Source of the DNA: Thermodesulfobacteriota bacterium
Lineage (GTDB): Bacteria > Desulfobacterota > BSN033 > UBA1163
Direction: 5' to 3'
NCBI GenBank assembly: GCA_049514515.1
Contig: JBEKUZ010000004.1
Location: 15,321-79,320 of the forward strand
Length of the DNA: 64,000 nucleotides
Part shown: piece by piece, positions 27,541 through 37,210 of the stretch
Layout of the letters: the number at the start of each line of letters is the position of its first letter
How positions within the stretch are numbered: the first letter of the stretch is position 1
Program-made: the position numbers and the translations under genes
The notes under the pieces: generated by a model
What the model was told of the DNA's origin: nothing
What the model saw: the letters and a program-made list of their open reading frames with translations, nothing else
Database searches by the model: none

Positions 27541-28128
27541 ATGACTAATTATCCCGAAATCCAAAATCCAAAATCCCCCTCACCCTCTCCCTCCCCCTCC
27601 AGGGGGGAGGGTTGGGGAGGCGATAGGGGTTTCACCCTAATAGAAATCATCGTTGTGATTGTCATTTTGTCTATTGTCTCGGTCATCACTATTAAGTTCT
27701 TGGTTGATAGTTTGAGAGTCTATACGATGACAGTCAATCAAAAGAGTCTTTTCGACGAAGGGAAATTAGCATTGGAACAGATGTGCAGAGGTATCCGGGA
27801 TGCAAATAGCATTACAGGAGTTACTGCCACTTCGATAACTTTTGTGAGAGACAATGCAACAGCTAACGATGCTGTAGGAGAAACAATTAGTTATCAACTC
27901 AACGCAGGTGTAGTCCAAAAAGTGAAAGCCGGCAACGGCTACGCAATGGCCAGAAACGCTACTACATTTGCCGTGACGAATGCTACAAATGAGATCCTTC
28001 TACAATTAACACTTCAATTGGCAAGCGGAGAGAATGTAACCCTGCAGACAAAGATTTATCCCAAAAACCTTGCAAAAAGTCTAACTTATAAGAGCTTCTA
28101 CTCAAACTGGATGGAGGCATACCAGTAG
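27541..28128 (+). CDS. Prepilin-type minor pilin/pseudopilin with extended leader
   Basis: ...RG|FTLIEIIVVIVILSIV. The 29-aa leader contains SPSPSPSPSRGEGWGG encoded by a palindromic mini-element (27574-27625). Confidence 0.7.
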   Translation: MTNYPEIQNPKSPSPSPSPSRGEGWGGDRGFTLIEIIVVIVILSIVSVITIKFLVDSLRVYTMTVNQKSLFDEGKLALEQMCRGIRDANSITGVTATSITFVRDNATANDAVGETISYQLNAGVVQKVKAGNGYAMARNATTFAVTNATNEILLQLTLQLASGENVTLQTKIYPKNLAKSLTYKSFYSNWMEAYQ

Positions 28129-29835
28129 GTGAAAAAGCTAAATTTAACCAACTTTCTATTTGGGGGCTACCATCCAAAATCGATGAAAATTGAAAATCCC
28201 CCTTCATCCCCCTTTGTTAAAGGGGGAATAACTACCCCTCCCTTTAGCAAAGGGAGGTTGGGAGGGATTTTCTTTCTAACAAATATCAAAGGAATCTCGG
28301 TGATCTTTCTGGTGATTGCCATGCTGCTGATGGTGACGATCGGATACGTTTTCTCTTATTTGATCCCCACAAAACAGAAATCCGTGGTCTTCCCTATCCA
28401 GTCCACCCAGGCTTTCTTCATCGCTCAATCCGGAGTCGAATTCGCTGTTCGCTATGCCAAGGATCAAAGTTGGACAACAAAGGCACAACTCGCCGGATTG
28501 ACCGGTATGACAAGGACTTTTGGAGCAGGAAGCTTTACTTTGACTTATACTAACACCGCTCCCAATCTTGATACCCTGACTTCTGTTGGATATGTCCCCG
28601 CCGGCACTGAAAGAAGGAGGATTGTTGTCTCCAATTTAACCAGTTTCTTGAACTACTTCGCCTACCATAAGACAATTACGGTACAGGCGGGGCAGGTAAG
28701 TGCTGGCCCCCTTACTAATTTTCCCATGCTTGTAAGTGTCACAGACCCTAATCTCGCAACCGTCGCAAGCGGCGGACATGTCGCGAGCTATAATGCCGGT
28801 ACCAACGATCCTTGGGACATTATCTTCGAAGGTCTGGACGACACCACTTGTGGGGGGGCCGGGACCTCACCCTGTAAGTTAAACCACGAAATTGAAGCCT
28901 ATGCTCCAGCGACGGGGACACTTGTTGCATGGGTCAGGGTTCCTTCTATTAATAACGGCACAGTCATTTACATGTATTATGGAAATGGCTGTATGACAGC
29001 TTCCACGCAGAGTGCGACAGGGGTCTGGGATGCTACCTACAAGGGGGTTTGGCATCTCAGTCAGAGTCCTACTGGCACAGCTCCCCAGATGAAAGATTCC
29101 ACGTCGAACGGATACAATGGGACGGCGAATGGAGGGTTTGTCGCCGGCGACCAACAAACAGCCAAGATCGATGGAGGTCTTGACTTCGAAAGCGCACATA
29201 ACGACTATGTACAGATAGCAGCGGCGGCCCTCGGCACCACTTCTGTAACTGTTTCTGCCTGGATTAAAGTCACGAGCTTCACCGAATATACATTCGGCGG
29301 TACCACTAACCCAAGCTTAGGTGCGGTTGTTTTCAGCACAAGGGACCTGGACGCGAACGTTTCCCCGACGCTTCTGGTATCAGCGGCAAGTAATGGTGGT
29401 GGATTTGGGGGCCCAACCTCCCTTGTGTTCTGTGACGACACTGCCAACGTTGCAGTAGGAGCAAAGGGCGCCACGACAATCGCAACTGGTACGTGGTACT
29501 ACGCTGTCGGTACGTTCAGCTATAACGCCGGCACTGCGACATATTTAGGCAACTGGAATGTGTACCGGAACGGCGTGCAGGACAACGCCGCGGCAAATAA
29601 CTTCGATTACGCGGGCACGGCCACCGTCCCCTTCAGTGGCGCATCGTGGATACTCGGAAATGACCCTCAGTGGACGACGGCGAACACAGATAGTAACGTC
29701 ATTCTCGACGAAGTTCGTGTATCAAACATCGCGCGTTCCGCCGGCTGGATCTTGACCGAATACAACAACCAGAGCACCCCCGGTAACCTGGGCGCCCCCG
29801 GTTTTTATGGCGTAGGGGCCGAGCAAAATAATTGA
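28129..29835 (+). CDS. Large pilus-associated protein: PilX-like N-terminal TM region + LamG/DUF2341-like jelly-roll C-terminal domain (MshQ-like)
   Basis: TM helix followed by AFFIAQSGVEFAVRYA (PilX_N-like). C-terminal lectin/LamG-like Gly/Thr/Asn-rich beta region. N-terminal 45 aa carry two copies of the CCCCCTTT..AAAGGGGG mini-hairpin. Confidence 0.55.
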   Translation: MKKLNLTNFLFGGYHPKSMKIENPPSSPFVKGGITTPPFSKGRLGGIFFLTNIKGISVIFLVIAMLLMVTIGYVFSYLIPTKQKSVVFPIQSTQAFFIAQSGVEFAVRYAKDQSWTTKAQLAGLTGMTRTFGAGSFTLTYTNTAPNLDTLTSVGYVPAGTERRRIVVSNLTSFLNYFAYHKTITVQAGQVSAGPLTNFPMLVSVTDPNLATVASGGHVASYNAGTNDPWDIIFEGLDDTTCGGAGTSPCKLNHEIEAYAPATGTLVAWVRVPSINNGTVIYMYYGNGCMTASTQSATGVWDATYKGVWHLSQSPTGTAPQMKDSTSNGYNGTANGGFVAGDQQTAKIDGGLDFESAHNDYVQIAAAALGTTSVTVSAWIKVTSFTEYTFGGTTNPSLGAVVFSTRDLDANVSPTLLVSAASNGGGFGGPTSLVFCDDTANVAVGAKGATTIATGTWYYAVGTFSYNAGTATYLGNWNVYRNGVQDNAAANNFDYAGTATVPFSGASWILGNDPQWTTANTDSNVILDEVRVSNIARSAGWILTEYNNQSTPGNLGAPGFYGVGAEQNN

Positions 29836-29861
29836 GGAGGAGGCTCCTTAAGGAGTTATAT

Positions 29862-31700
29862 ATGCCAGAAACAATCGGTTTGGATATTGGTTCTCATTCG
29901 ATTAAGTTAATTGGTCTCAAGACGACTTCCAAGGGACCTTTCTTGACATGTTTAGGGATGAAAGAAATTCCCCCTAACACTGACAAAGAGGATGTGAACG
30001 CTCTTTCCGGGATCCTCAGGGCCCTTATTACGGAAGTTGGTCTTAAAACGAAAAAGGTGAATTTAACTGTTTCAGGTTCAGGAGTTCAGGTCAAGCGAAT
30101 CTCCGTTCCTTCTCTCCCCAAAGCCGAATTAAAAGAGGCTGTTCGTTGGGAGATGAAGAATTACATCCCCTTCCCTGTTGAAACAGCGGAAATTGATTTC
30201 CACACCTTAAATGAATATGTTGAAGATAACGTTAAGAGATTAAATCTGATCGTTGTGGCTTGCCCGAAACAACTCATTGACCGCACTCTCTCCATCGCCG
30301 AGAATGCTGGGCTTCAACCGAATCATCTCGATGTAGCCCCCTTTTCCCTTTGGAATACTCTTTTGGTTTGGGATCAACTTAGGAAAGAAGAAACCATTGC
30401 TTTGATTGACCTTGGAGCTGAAAAAACCGGCATTTATCTTTTCAAGGATGGAATTTTGCAGTTCGCTCGAGAAGTCACTCCTGCCGGGACAGACATTACC
30501 AAAGCCGTTATGGAGGGAATCGGTTCTGAAGGAAAAACCAATGTCGTTTTTGAGCGAGCGGAAGAGATAAAGCAAGAAATGGGAATCCCTTCGGAGGCTT
30601 ACCAGGAGAAAGGTGGCGATAAATCCTTATCGAAAATGTCTTTTCTCGTCAGACCTGTGTTTGAGAGACTATCAGCAGAGATAGGACGATCTCTTGACTA
30701 TTACAGGAGCCAATTTAATGAAGAACGGATTGATAAGCTGCTCCTGACCGGCGGAGGCGCCAACCTGAAGAATTTGGTTTCCTATCTCGCAAGCGAGGTT
30801 CGATTGCCCGTGGAGCATTTTAATCCGCTTAGCGATATCCTTTTCGATCCAAGAAGGATCGGCACTCAATTTCTTAACCAGATGGGTTCGCTTTTCGCCG
30901 TCGCGATAGGCGTAGCCCTCCCTGAACCCAAACGAATCGAGTTGCTCCCGGTTGTAGAACCATTTTTATCGAAGGCTCAATTAGTGAAGTCCTTTCCTGT
31001 CCTGGCCCCTGGAATCGCATTGCTTGTCTTTTTAGGAGTCGCCTTATATATGAACGCACAGGTGAACGCAATAAGAAGAGAAATAGATATGAAGAAGGCG
31101 AAGCTGGCGGTTCTGGATGCCCGTCAGGAAAAACTAAAAATGTTAAAAGAGAAAGATATCCAGCTCAAGGAAAAGCTTTCTCAATTCCCATCTTCAATGA
31201 TCGTTCCCGTTCCCTATCGAGACATCTTGAGAGAGGTGAGTCAAATTATCCCGGACAACGTCACCTTGACTCTTCTTGCAGTTCAAAATAAGGGGAAACC
31301 TCTGACGAAAGGAACTCCGCCCCCAAAGCCACAGGAAGGAGAATCCCCCAAAGGCGTGGGGAGAGAACTTCATATAACAGGTGTCGTTTTCGGAAGCGAT
31401 CTTCGCTGCCTCACAGCCTTAGCCCAGATCATCGAGCGGCTCGAGAAAACACCCTTGTTTAATAATACAAGACTGGTTTCAGCCGATGAGAACAAACTCT
31501 ATACTCAATCAGGAGCAGAATTTGGCATCGTCTGCGACATCAATCCTAATAATCCCCCCTCTCTCCCCGACACCTCCTTCTCCCCCCTTTACAAAAGGGG
31601 GGGAGGGGGGATTACTGACACCTCTTCCTCCCTTTACAAAGGCGGGGAAGGGGGAATTACTAAAAGGGAGATAACAGAATTAAGAAAGGAAAAACAATAG
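29862..31700 (+). CDS. PilM-PilN fusion protein (MshI-like)
   Basis: N-terminal actin-like PilM ATPase fold (IGLDIGSHSIKLIGL...). After about residue 350 there is a TM helix plus a PilN-like coiled-coil periplasmic domain. C-terminal tail encoded by a duplicated ~48-bp palindromic unit. Confidence 0.85.
   Translation: MPETIGLDIGSHSIKLIGLKTTSKGPFLTCLGMKEIPPNTDKEDVNALSGILRALITEVGLKTKKVNLTVSGSGVQVKRISVPSLPKAELKEAVRWEMKNYIPFPVETAEIDFHTLNEYVEDNVKRLNLIVVACPKQLIDRTLSIAENAGLQPNHLDVAPFSLWNTLLVWDQLRKEETIALIDLGAEKTGIYLFKDGILQFAREVTPAGTDITKAVMEGIGSEGKTNVVFERAEEIKQEMGIPSEAYQEKGGDKSLSKMSFLVRPVFERLSAEIGRSLDYYRSQFNEERIDKLLLTGGGANLKNLVSYLASEVRLPVEHFNPLSDILFDPRRIGTQFLNQMGSLFAVAIGVALPEPKRIELLPVVEPFLSKAQLVKSFPVLAPGIALLVFLGVALYMNAQVNAIRREIDMKKAKLAVLDARQEKLKMLKEKDIQLKEKLSQFPSSMIVPVPYRDILREVSQIIPDNVTLTLLAVQNKGKPLTKGTPPPKPQEGESPKGVGRELHITGVVFGSDLRCLTALAQIIERLEKTPLFNNTRLVSADENKLYTQSGAEFGIVCDINPNNPPSLPDTSFSPLYKRGGGGITDTSSSLYKGGEGGITKREITELRKEKQ
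31553..31672. repeat. Tandem pair of ~48-bp GC-rich hairpin units (…CCCCCCCTTTACAAAAGGGGGGG…)
   Basis: GACACCTCCTTCTCCCCCCCTTTACAAAAGGGGGGGAGGGGGGATTACT followed by GACACCTCTTCCTCCCTTTACAAAGGCGGGGAAGGGGGAATTACT. In-frame at the C-terminus of the PilM-N fusion gene. Confidence 0.75.
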
Positions 31701-31703
31701 ACC

Positions 31704-32270
31704 ATGGTACTGAAAAGCAGAGAAAAAATATTGATCATCTTGGCCGTCATTGCTATTGCCTTTTGGGCCTTCGTCACCTTTTACTACGCGCCGCAGAGTC
31801 GCAAAATGAAGGCGTTGGAGGCAGACCTCAAAGCGGCTGATCTCAGATCTGAAGAATCCCAGCTGGTGACGAAAGGGGTAGAAACGTTAGAGGCCGAAAT
31901 CCTTCGTCAGGAGGATGCGCTAAAAAGACTAAGCGAACGAACCCTGAGAGGCGAAGAATTCAGAACCTTCCTAAGACACTTAGCCAGGGAAAGCGACTCC
32001 CCTGAGATGAAGGTGATCTCTCTGATCCCTCAAGAAGAAAATCTTCCGCCTCCCGAGGGGCAGAAGGAACGTCCTGCTCCTCAATACAGGAGGGTAACTG
32101 TTCAGATGGTTCTTCACTCAACCTTTGGGAAGCTGGAGACCTATTTAAAAGGGATTGAACAACTTCCTTTTCTCATCAATGTGGACAATATCCAGATGGA
32201 AAGGATCGAAGAGGTTCAGCCCTTTTCAAAGGTCACCATAGGGTTAAGTATGTATGTTACTTCACAATAG
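31704..32270 (+). CDS. pilO: Type IV pilus assembly protein PilO (MshJ-like)
   Basis: N-terminal TM helix, coiled coil, ~190 aa, directly downstream of the pilM-N fusion. Confidence 0.7.
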   Translation: MVLKSREKILIILAVIAIAFWAFVTFYYAPQSRKMKALEADLKAADLRSEESQLVTKGVETLEAEILRQEDALKRLSERTLRGEEFRTFLRHLARESDSPEMKVISLIPQEENLPPPEGQKERPAPQYRRVTVQMVLHSTFGKLETYLKGIEQLPFLINVDNIQMERIEEVQPFSKVTIGLSMYVTSQ

Positions 32271-32365
32271 AAGATCGGGCGGCCTCGGAGGGCCGCCCCT
32301 ACAGACGTTAGAACCAAGTAGGGGAGTCCCTCTGCGGGCTCCCAACCCTTGAAGGAGAAAATTCC

Positions 32366-32971
32366 GTGAGACAACATCGAAAAATAATTATGGCTACGGT
32401 CTTCATCACCTTTTTCATTTTTGCCGGAATCGACCTGCTGCACCCGATCCGGGCAAACGGACAGGCCAAAGAGAGGACAATTTCCCCTCAAGAAAGTAGG
32501 AGGGATCCATTCCTCCTCCCTTCGGACGTCCATCTCCTTTCGAAGATCGGATTGTCTCCAGGAATGAAGGGAGTTTTCCCAAAAACGGAAACGGATGCGC
32601 CGGTCAAGGCCATTTTAATCGGCGACCGCATTCGATTGGCATTGATCGATCATCATATTGTTACCGTAGGAGATTCGATCCATGGCGAAAAGGTTTTAGA
32701 GATTAAAACAGACCGAGTCATTTTAGGAAAAGGAGAGCAAAAGAAAACCCTTCTTTTGCCTCAAAGCCCCGTTCCATTAACCGTTGAAGAGAAACCCCAC
32801 CTTTCTCCTCCCCCGCAAAAGGGGGAGCGAACCCCGTTAGAAATTCCAGTCGGTGCGACTCGAAACCGAGCGGTGAGCCAAACCCCGCCGGAGGGACCTC
32901 ATCCCGCAGCAGAGCAGGGGGCTATCCTTTCTAACGAGGTGAAGGAGGGAGTTAAAGGAGATGAACGATGA
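32366..32971 (+). CDS. PilP-like pilus assembly protein (MshK-like)
   Basis: N-terminal TM/signal anchor, RDPF motif, beta-rich C-terminal region. GTG start with AAGGAGA RBS. In-frame mini-hairpin at 32798-32832. Confidence 0.55.
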   Translation: MRQHRKIIMATVFITFFIFAGIDLLHPIRANGQAKERTISPQESRRDPFLLPSDVHLLSKIGLSPGMKGVFPKTETDAPVKAILIGDRIRLALIDHHIVTVGDSIHGEKVLEIKTDRVILGKGEQKKTLLLPQSPVPLTVEEKPHLSPPPQKGERTPLEIPVGATRNRAVSQTPPEGPHPAAEQGAILSNEVKEGVKGDER

Positions 32972-34689
32972 AAACGAAGACCCTCTTTATGCTCTATCTC
33001 ATTCCATTGCTGGTCCTGGGATGCGCTACTCTCCCGAATAAGGAGCGTGCCAAGTTACCTCCCCAAAAGGCGGAGGCTGTAAGACCTCAACCTCCTCCTG
33101 AAGAAAAATTGAAAGAACTGATGATCCCCCAAATGGAGGAGGCGAAAAAGGTGCCCGAAAAGCTCTTCTCCATCTACGCGAGGGATTCGAGTATCCAGGA
33201 TGTCCTTCTGGCCTTTTCAAAGGAGAGCGACCTCAACATTGTCATCGATCCCCAGTTGAGCGGCAAAGTAACCGTGGATTTAAAGCGCGTCACCTTAAAA
33301 GAAGCCTTGGATACCGTTCTCTCTCCGCTCGGCTGGACTTATCGAACCGATGGAAAATTCATCAAAGTATTAAGGCCTGAGGTCGAGACCCGTTTCTTCA
33401 CACTGAATTATATGGCCACGAAACGGAGCGGAAAAAGGGAGGTCTATGCCACCACCAGCACAACGCAAGCCCAACAAACGAGTACGAGCACTACCATTTC
33501 GGGCATTTCAGGCGTTTCAGGCCTTCCGGATCAGCAGACTACCTACAATCCAGTGGCAGGGGCAAGAACCGGGTATACTGGCGTCGTCAGTGAGGATGAC
33601 GTGGATTTGTGGAAGGAAATTCGAAAAGGATTAGAGGCTCTCATCTTTGGATTCGTTGAAGAGAAGGGAAAAGAGGGGACTTCTTCCGAGAAAGAAAAAG
33701 TGACCTGGACCAGAGTGGACGAAACAGGGAAGAGGTTGGCGATCAACAAATCGACAGGGGTGATCATGGTTACCGATTACCCTGTCAATTTGAATAGGGT
33801 CGCCTGCTACATTGAGACTGTAGAGGCAAGTTCCCAGAGGCAGGTCAGCATCGAGGCAAAAATCATGGAGGTAACTCTCTCCGATAGTCACCAAGAAGGG
33901 ATTAACTGGAAAGTGATCGAAGGGCTTCCTAGTTCCACTAACTTAGCTTGGGGACTTACAGATAAAACAGGGAAGACCGGGTTTCCAGGTGGAACGAGTG
34001 GTTTCCTTAACAGTACCGGGACAGGGGGGACAACAACGACGACAACCAGCCAGATTCTCACCCCCGGTATTTTTAAAGTCATGCCTTACGGAGGCCTTTT
34101 CGCGCTCGGTGCGGCAGGGTCGCAAGTAGCCCTCTCAGATATCATGCAGGCGATCGCACAACAGGGGGATGTGAAGGTTCTCTCCAGTCCGACCATCTCA
34201 ACTCTCAATAATCAGAAAGCGATTATCCGAGTTGGAAATCAGAGTGTCTTCTTTATTACCGGGGCGGTGGCTACACAAACGACTGTGACCCAGTTCATTC
34301 AACCCATGACCATTGATATTGGGATCATCCTGGATGTGACTCCCCAAATTGCCGAAGATGGCACCATCATCATGAACATTCATCCCAGTATCACCGCCCA
34401 GACCGGGAGTGTGACGGCACCCGATGGAAAGTCAACTTTTCCCCTCCTGAGCGTGAGGGAGACCGACACAACAGTGAGGGTCAGAGACGGCCAGACGATT
34501 ATCATTGGTGGCCTGATGCAGGAGCAGACTGAGGAGGATTATACCGGCGTTCCTGTCTTGCAGTCCCTTCCGGTAATGGGCCCTCTGTTCCGATTCAAGA
34601 GCCGAACAAAAACGAAATCGGAACTGGTGATCATGATCACCCCTACCCTTCAACTGGGTAAAAAGGTGGAAGACTTCGCAAAACAATAA
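32968..34689 (+). CDS. pilQ: Type IV pilus secretin (PilQ/MshL family)
   Basis: Lipoprotein signal (LLVLGC). C-terminal secretin domain (VLSSPTISTLNNQKAIIRVG...VPVLQSLPVMGPLFRFKS). Confidence 0.9.
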   Translation: MKTKTLFMLYLIPLLVLGCATLPNKERAKLPPQKAEAVRPQPPPEEKLKELMIPQMEEAKKVPEKLFSIYARDSSIQDVLLAFSKESDLNIVIDPQLSGKVTVDLKRVTLKEALDTVLSPLGWTYRTDGKFIKVLRPEVETRFFTLNYMATKRSGKREVYATTSTTQAQQTSTSTTISGISGVSGLPDQQTTYNPVAGARTGYTGVVSEDDVDLWKEIRKGLEALIFGFVEEKGKEGTSSEKEKVTWTRVDETGKRLAINKSTGVIMVTDYPVNLNRVACYIETVEASSQRQVSIEAKIMEVTLSDSHQEGINWKVIEGLPSSTNLAWGLTDKTGKTGFPGGTSGFLNSTGTGGTTTTTTSQILTPGIFKVMPYGGLFALGAAGSQVALSDIMQAIAQQGDVKVLSSPTISTLNNQKAIIRVGNQSVFFITGAVATQTTVTQFIQPMTIDIGIILDVTPQIAEDGTIIMNIHPSITAQTGSVTAPDGKSTFPLLSVRETDTTVRVRDGQTIIIGGLMQEQTEEDYTGVPVLQSLPVMGPLFRFKSRTKTKSELVIMITPTLQLGKKVEDFAKQ

Positions 34690-34694
34690 GAGGC

Positions 34695-34760
34695 AAGGGG
34701 TCGAGGGGTCGAACCACCCAAACTTGAACCCTGGAATCCTTAGAATCCTCGAACCCTTTT
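34695..34760. repeat. GGGGTCGAGGGGTCGAACC...CTTGAACCCTGGAATCC repeat-family copy
   Basis: Shares CTTGAACCC / GGAATCCT / GGGGTCGAG blocks with 26500-26545 and 59636-59780. Confidence 0.6.
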
Positions 34761-34770
34761 GGAGAAAACC

Positions 34771-35880
34771 ATGTACCAAAGATTTTATAGTCTGAGAGAA
34801 AAACCATTTGTCCTGACCCCTGACCCTCAATTTCTCTTCTTAAGCGAGGGCCATCGTACCGCGATCGAATCTCTTCTTTACGGGATTCGGCAGAAGGAAG
34901 GGTTTATGGTCATTACCGGAGATATCGGAACCGGGAAGACAACCATCTGCCGGGCCCTCTTGGAGAGATTGGATAAAAACGTGAAGACGGCGGTCATCTT
35001 CAATTCCTTCCTCACCGAAGAAGAATTGTTGGAAGCGATTCTCCGCGATTTCGGATTCTCTTCAAAGGGAAGGACCAAGAAGGAGCGGATCGATGCGCTG
35101 AACAAAATACTCATCTACTTCTTGTCCCACGGAAAGAATGCCGTCCTGATCATCGACGAGGCCCAGAATTTATCCATCCCTGTCCTGGAGCAGATTCGCA
35201 TGCTCTCCAATTTGGAGACGGAAAAGGAGAAATTGTTTCAGATCATATTATTTGGCCAGTTAGAGCTGGACCAAAAACTCCGGTCCGCCGAATTGAAACA
35301 ATTGAACCAACGGATCGCCATCCGGCATTACCTCCAGCCCCTCACCCAAACGGAAATGGAGTCTTATATTTACCAGCGTCTAATGATGGCAGGCTCTCAG
35401 GGGAGCATAACCTTTTCAAGATCTGCTCTCCACGAGATCTACAGATTTTCGAGAGGGGCGCCCAGGCTGATCAACCTTCTCTGCGATCGAGCCCTATTGG
35501 CCGGTTTCATCCAACAGACCCATTATTTCGACAAAGAAATTATCAAGCTGGCGAAGGACAGCCTTTTGGGAGAGGAAGCAGTCCCAAAGCCATTCTATTC
35601 TTTTCCCTTGCCAAGAAATTTAAGCTCGTTACGCATCCCGTTCTTGACGATTTTCCTTTTCTTAATGGCGGGTATGATCTCAACAAGCCAAGGCCATTTT
35701 CCTTCGCATCAAGATGCAAAGAATGCTATTGGGGGAAGAGTTCAAGGCATCTATTCTCGGATATCGGAATCTATTCCTCCTTCTATTCCTGCCCTTCCAC
35801 TGGATAAGGAACGGTTTCAAAATTCTGCAAAAGAGCCTTTCGAGAATCCAGAAAGGGCATCCCAGGAGGTTTCAAAATGA
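34771..35880 (+). CDS. ExeA/GspA-like AAA ATPase (MshM-like)
   Basis: Walker A GDIGTGKTT. IDEAQNL Walker B/sensor region. Overlaps the next gene by ATGA. Confidence 0.85.
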   Translation: MYQRFYSLREKPFVLTPDPQFLFLSEGHRTAIESLLYGIRQKEGFMVITGDIGTGKTTICRALLERLDKNVKTAVIFNSFLTEEELLEAILRDFGFSSKGRTKKERIDALNKILIYFLSHGKNAVLIIDEAQNLSIPVLEQIRMLSNLETEKEKLFQIILFGQLELDQKLRSAELKQLNQRIAIRHYLQPLTQTEMESYIYQRLMMAGSQGSITFSRSALHEIYRFSRGAPRLINLLCDRALLAGFIQQTHYFDKEIIKLAKDSLLGEEAVPKPFYSFPLPRNLSSLRIPFLTIFLFLMAGMISTSQGHFPSHQDAKNAIGGRVQGIYSRISESIPPSIPALPLDKERFQNSAKEPFENPERASQEVSK

Positions 35881-37127
35881 GCCTGATCATCGATGCCCTC
35901 AAAAGGGCACAACAGCTTCGATTGAGCGGGGCCGAGGAGTCTCCAACCTTGAACTATCCATACCCGAAGAGAAAAACGGGGAGGAGGTCTAAAAAACAAT
36001 GGATTCCCGTCGGCGCGGGTCTCATCGGCCTCTGTATCGTTCTACTCGTTCTTTTGCGACCTGCCTCTTCACCCTTGGCCACCCAAACCAATCGAGCCAT
36101 CGTTCCCGTGGAGAGGGAGCCTTCTGTTTCTGTAGCGGAGAAGATGCCTTCAGAGCCTCCGAAGGAAGTGGTGGGTGCGGCAAAGGATGAAGAACCGCTG
36201 TCTGCTGGATCTTCAGCCAAAGGCGATCGCCCGCAGGCGAGCCAGACCCTGAAGCCCGTCAACAGCAGGACTGAATCGGGGAAGGCAATAAATCCCGGCC
36301 ACGGTGGGAGTGGTTCGGGGCAAGCACGCCCTCAGGTATCCCTCAACGCTGGGGCGCCCCTCAGCGAGCACCCCTCTTATCCCCAAGAAGAGAAGAAGTC
36401 AGTTGAAACGGCGACATCTTCCACTGGAAAAAAGGGAGGACCGTTGAAAAAACAGGCACCCCCTCCTCTCGCCGCTCAGAAAGAAAATAAGCCCCTTAAG
36501 TCTATCGGGGTAGAACAGGAAGGCGGAAAGGCCGGCGCATTGGCCTCGGATGTCCTCACTCATTTCAATTCAGGGGTGACTTTCTATAACCAGAGAGAAT
36601 TTTCAAGAGCAATCCAGGCCTACCAGAAGGTTATCGAGCTGGATCCGACCTATGTCGAGGCCTATAACAATCTGGGGATCATCTATCAAACGATCGGGGA
36701 TGTGGACAGGGCCTTCGGAGCTTACCAGAAAGCAACGGAGATCAATCCAAGGTATGATAAAGGATATAATAATCTTGGGATCCTCCTTTTGCTCAAGGGC
36801 CGTGACGAAGAGGCGCTGGAGGATTTCCAAAAAGCTCTGGCCATCAATCCTAAGAATATCGAAAGTTTTATTAACCTCGGGACCCTTTTTAAGAAAAAAG
36901 GCCAGTGGGATGAGGCGATTGAGTCGTATCAGAAGGCTCTGGCGATTGATCGCCTCCACAGGGAGACGCACTACAATATGGCGCTGCTTTATGAACAAAT
37001 GGAGAAGTTAGAATTGGCGATCAGCCATTATCAACAATTTATCCGGCTCTCCTCGAGATCCGATCCGGAATTGGTCTCGCGGGTGCAAAGACATTTAAAC
37101 GATTTAATGAAGGCGAAAAATAGGTAA
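35877..37127 (+). CDS. TPR-repeat protein (MshN-like)
   Basis: N-terminal TM anchor, Pro/Ser-rich linker, then about 5 TPR repeats (AYNNLGIIYQ..., GYNNLGILLL...). Confidence 0.75.
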   Translation: MSLIIDALKRAQQLRLSGAEESPTLNYPYPKRKTGRRSKKQWIPVGAGLIGLCIVLLVLLRPASSPLATQTNRAIVPVEREPSVSVAEKMPSEPPKEVVGAAKDEEPLSAGSSAKGDRPQASQTLKPVNSRTESGKAINPGHGGSGSGQARPQVSLNAGAPLSEHPSYPQEEKKSVETATSSTGKKGGPLKKQAPPPLAAQKENKPLKSIGVEQEGGKAGALASDVLTHFNSGVTFYNQREFSRAIQAYQKVIELDPTYVEAYNNLGIIYQTIGDVDRAFGAYQKATEINPRYDKGYNNLGILLLLKGRDEEALEDFQKALAINPKNIESFINLGTLFKKKGQWDEAIESYQKALAIDRLHRETHYNMALLYEQMEKLELAISHYQQFIRLSSRSDPELVSRVQRHLNDLMKAKNR

Positions 37128-37210
37128 CGCATGAAAATCAGAAATCCCCCGGTAGGCAGGGGAGGATTGGGAAGTAGATTTTCTGGGTAATTGATCTTTG
37201 GAGGTATTCT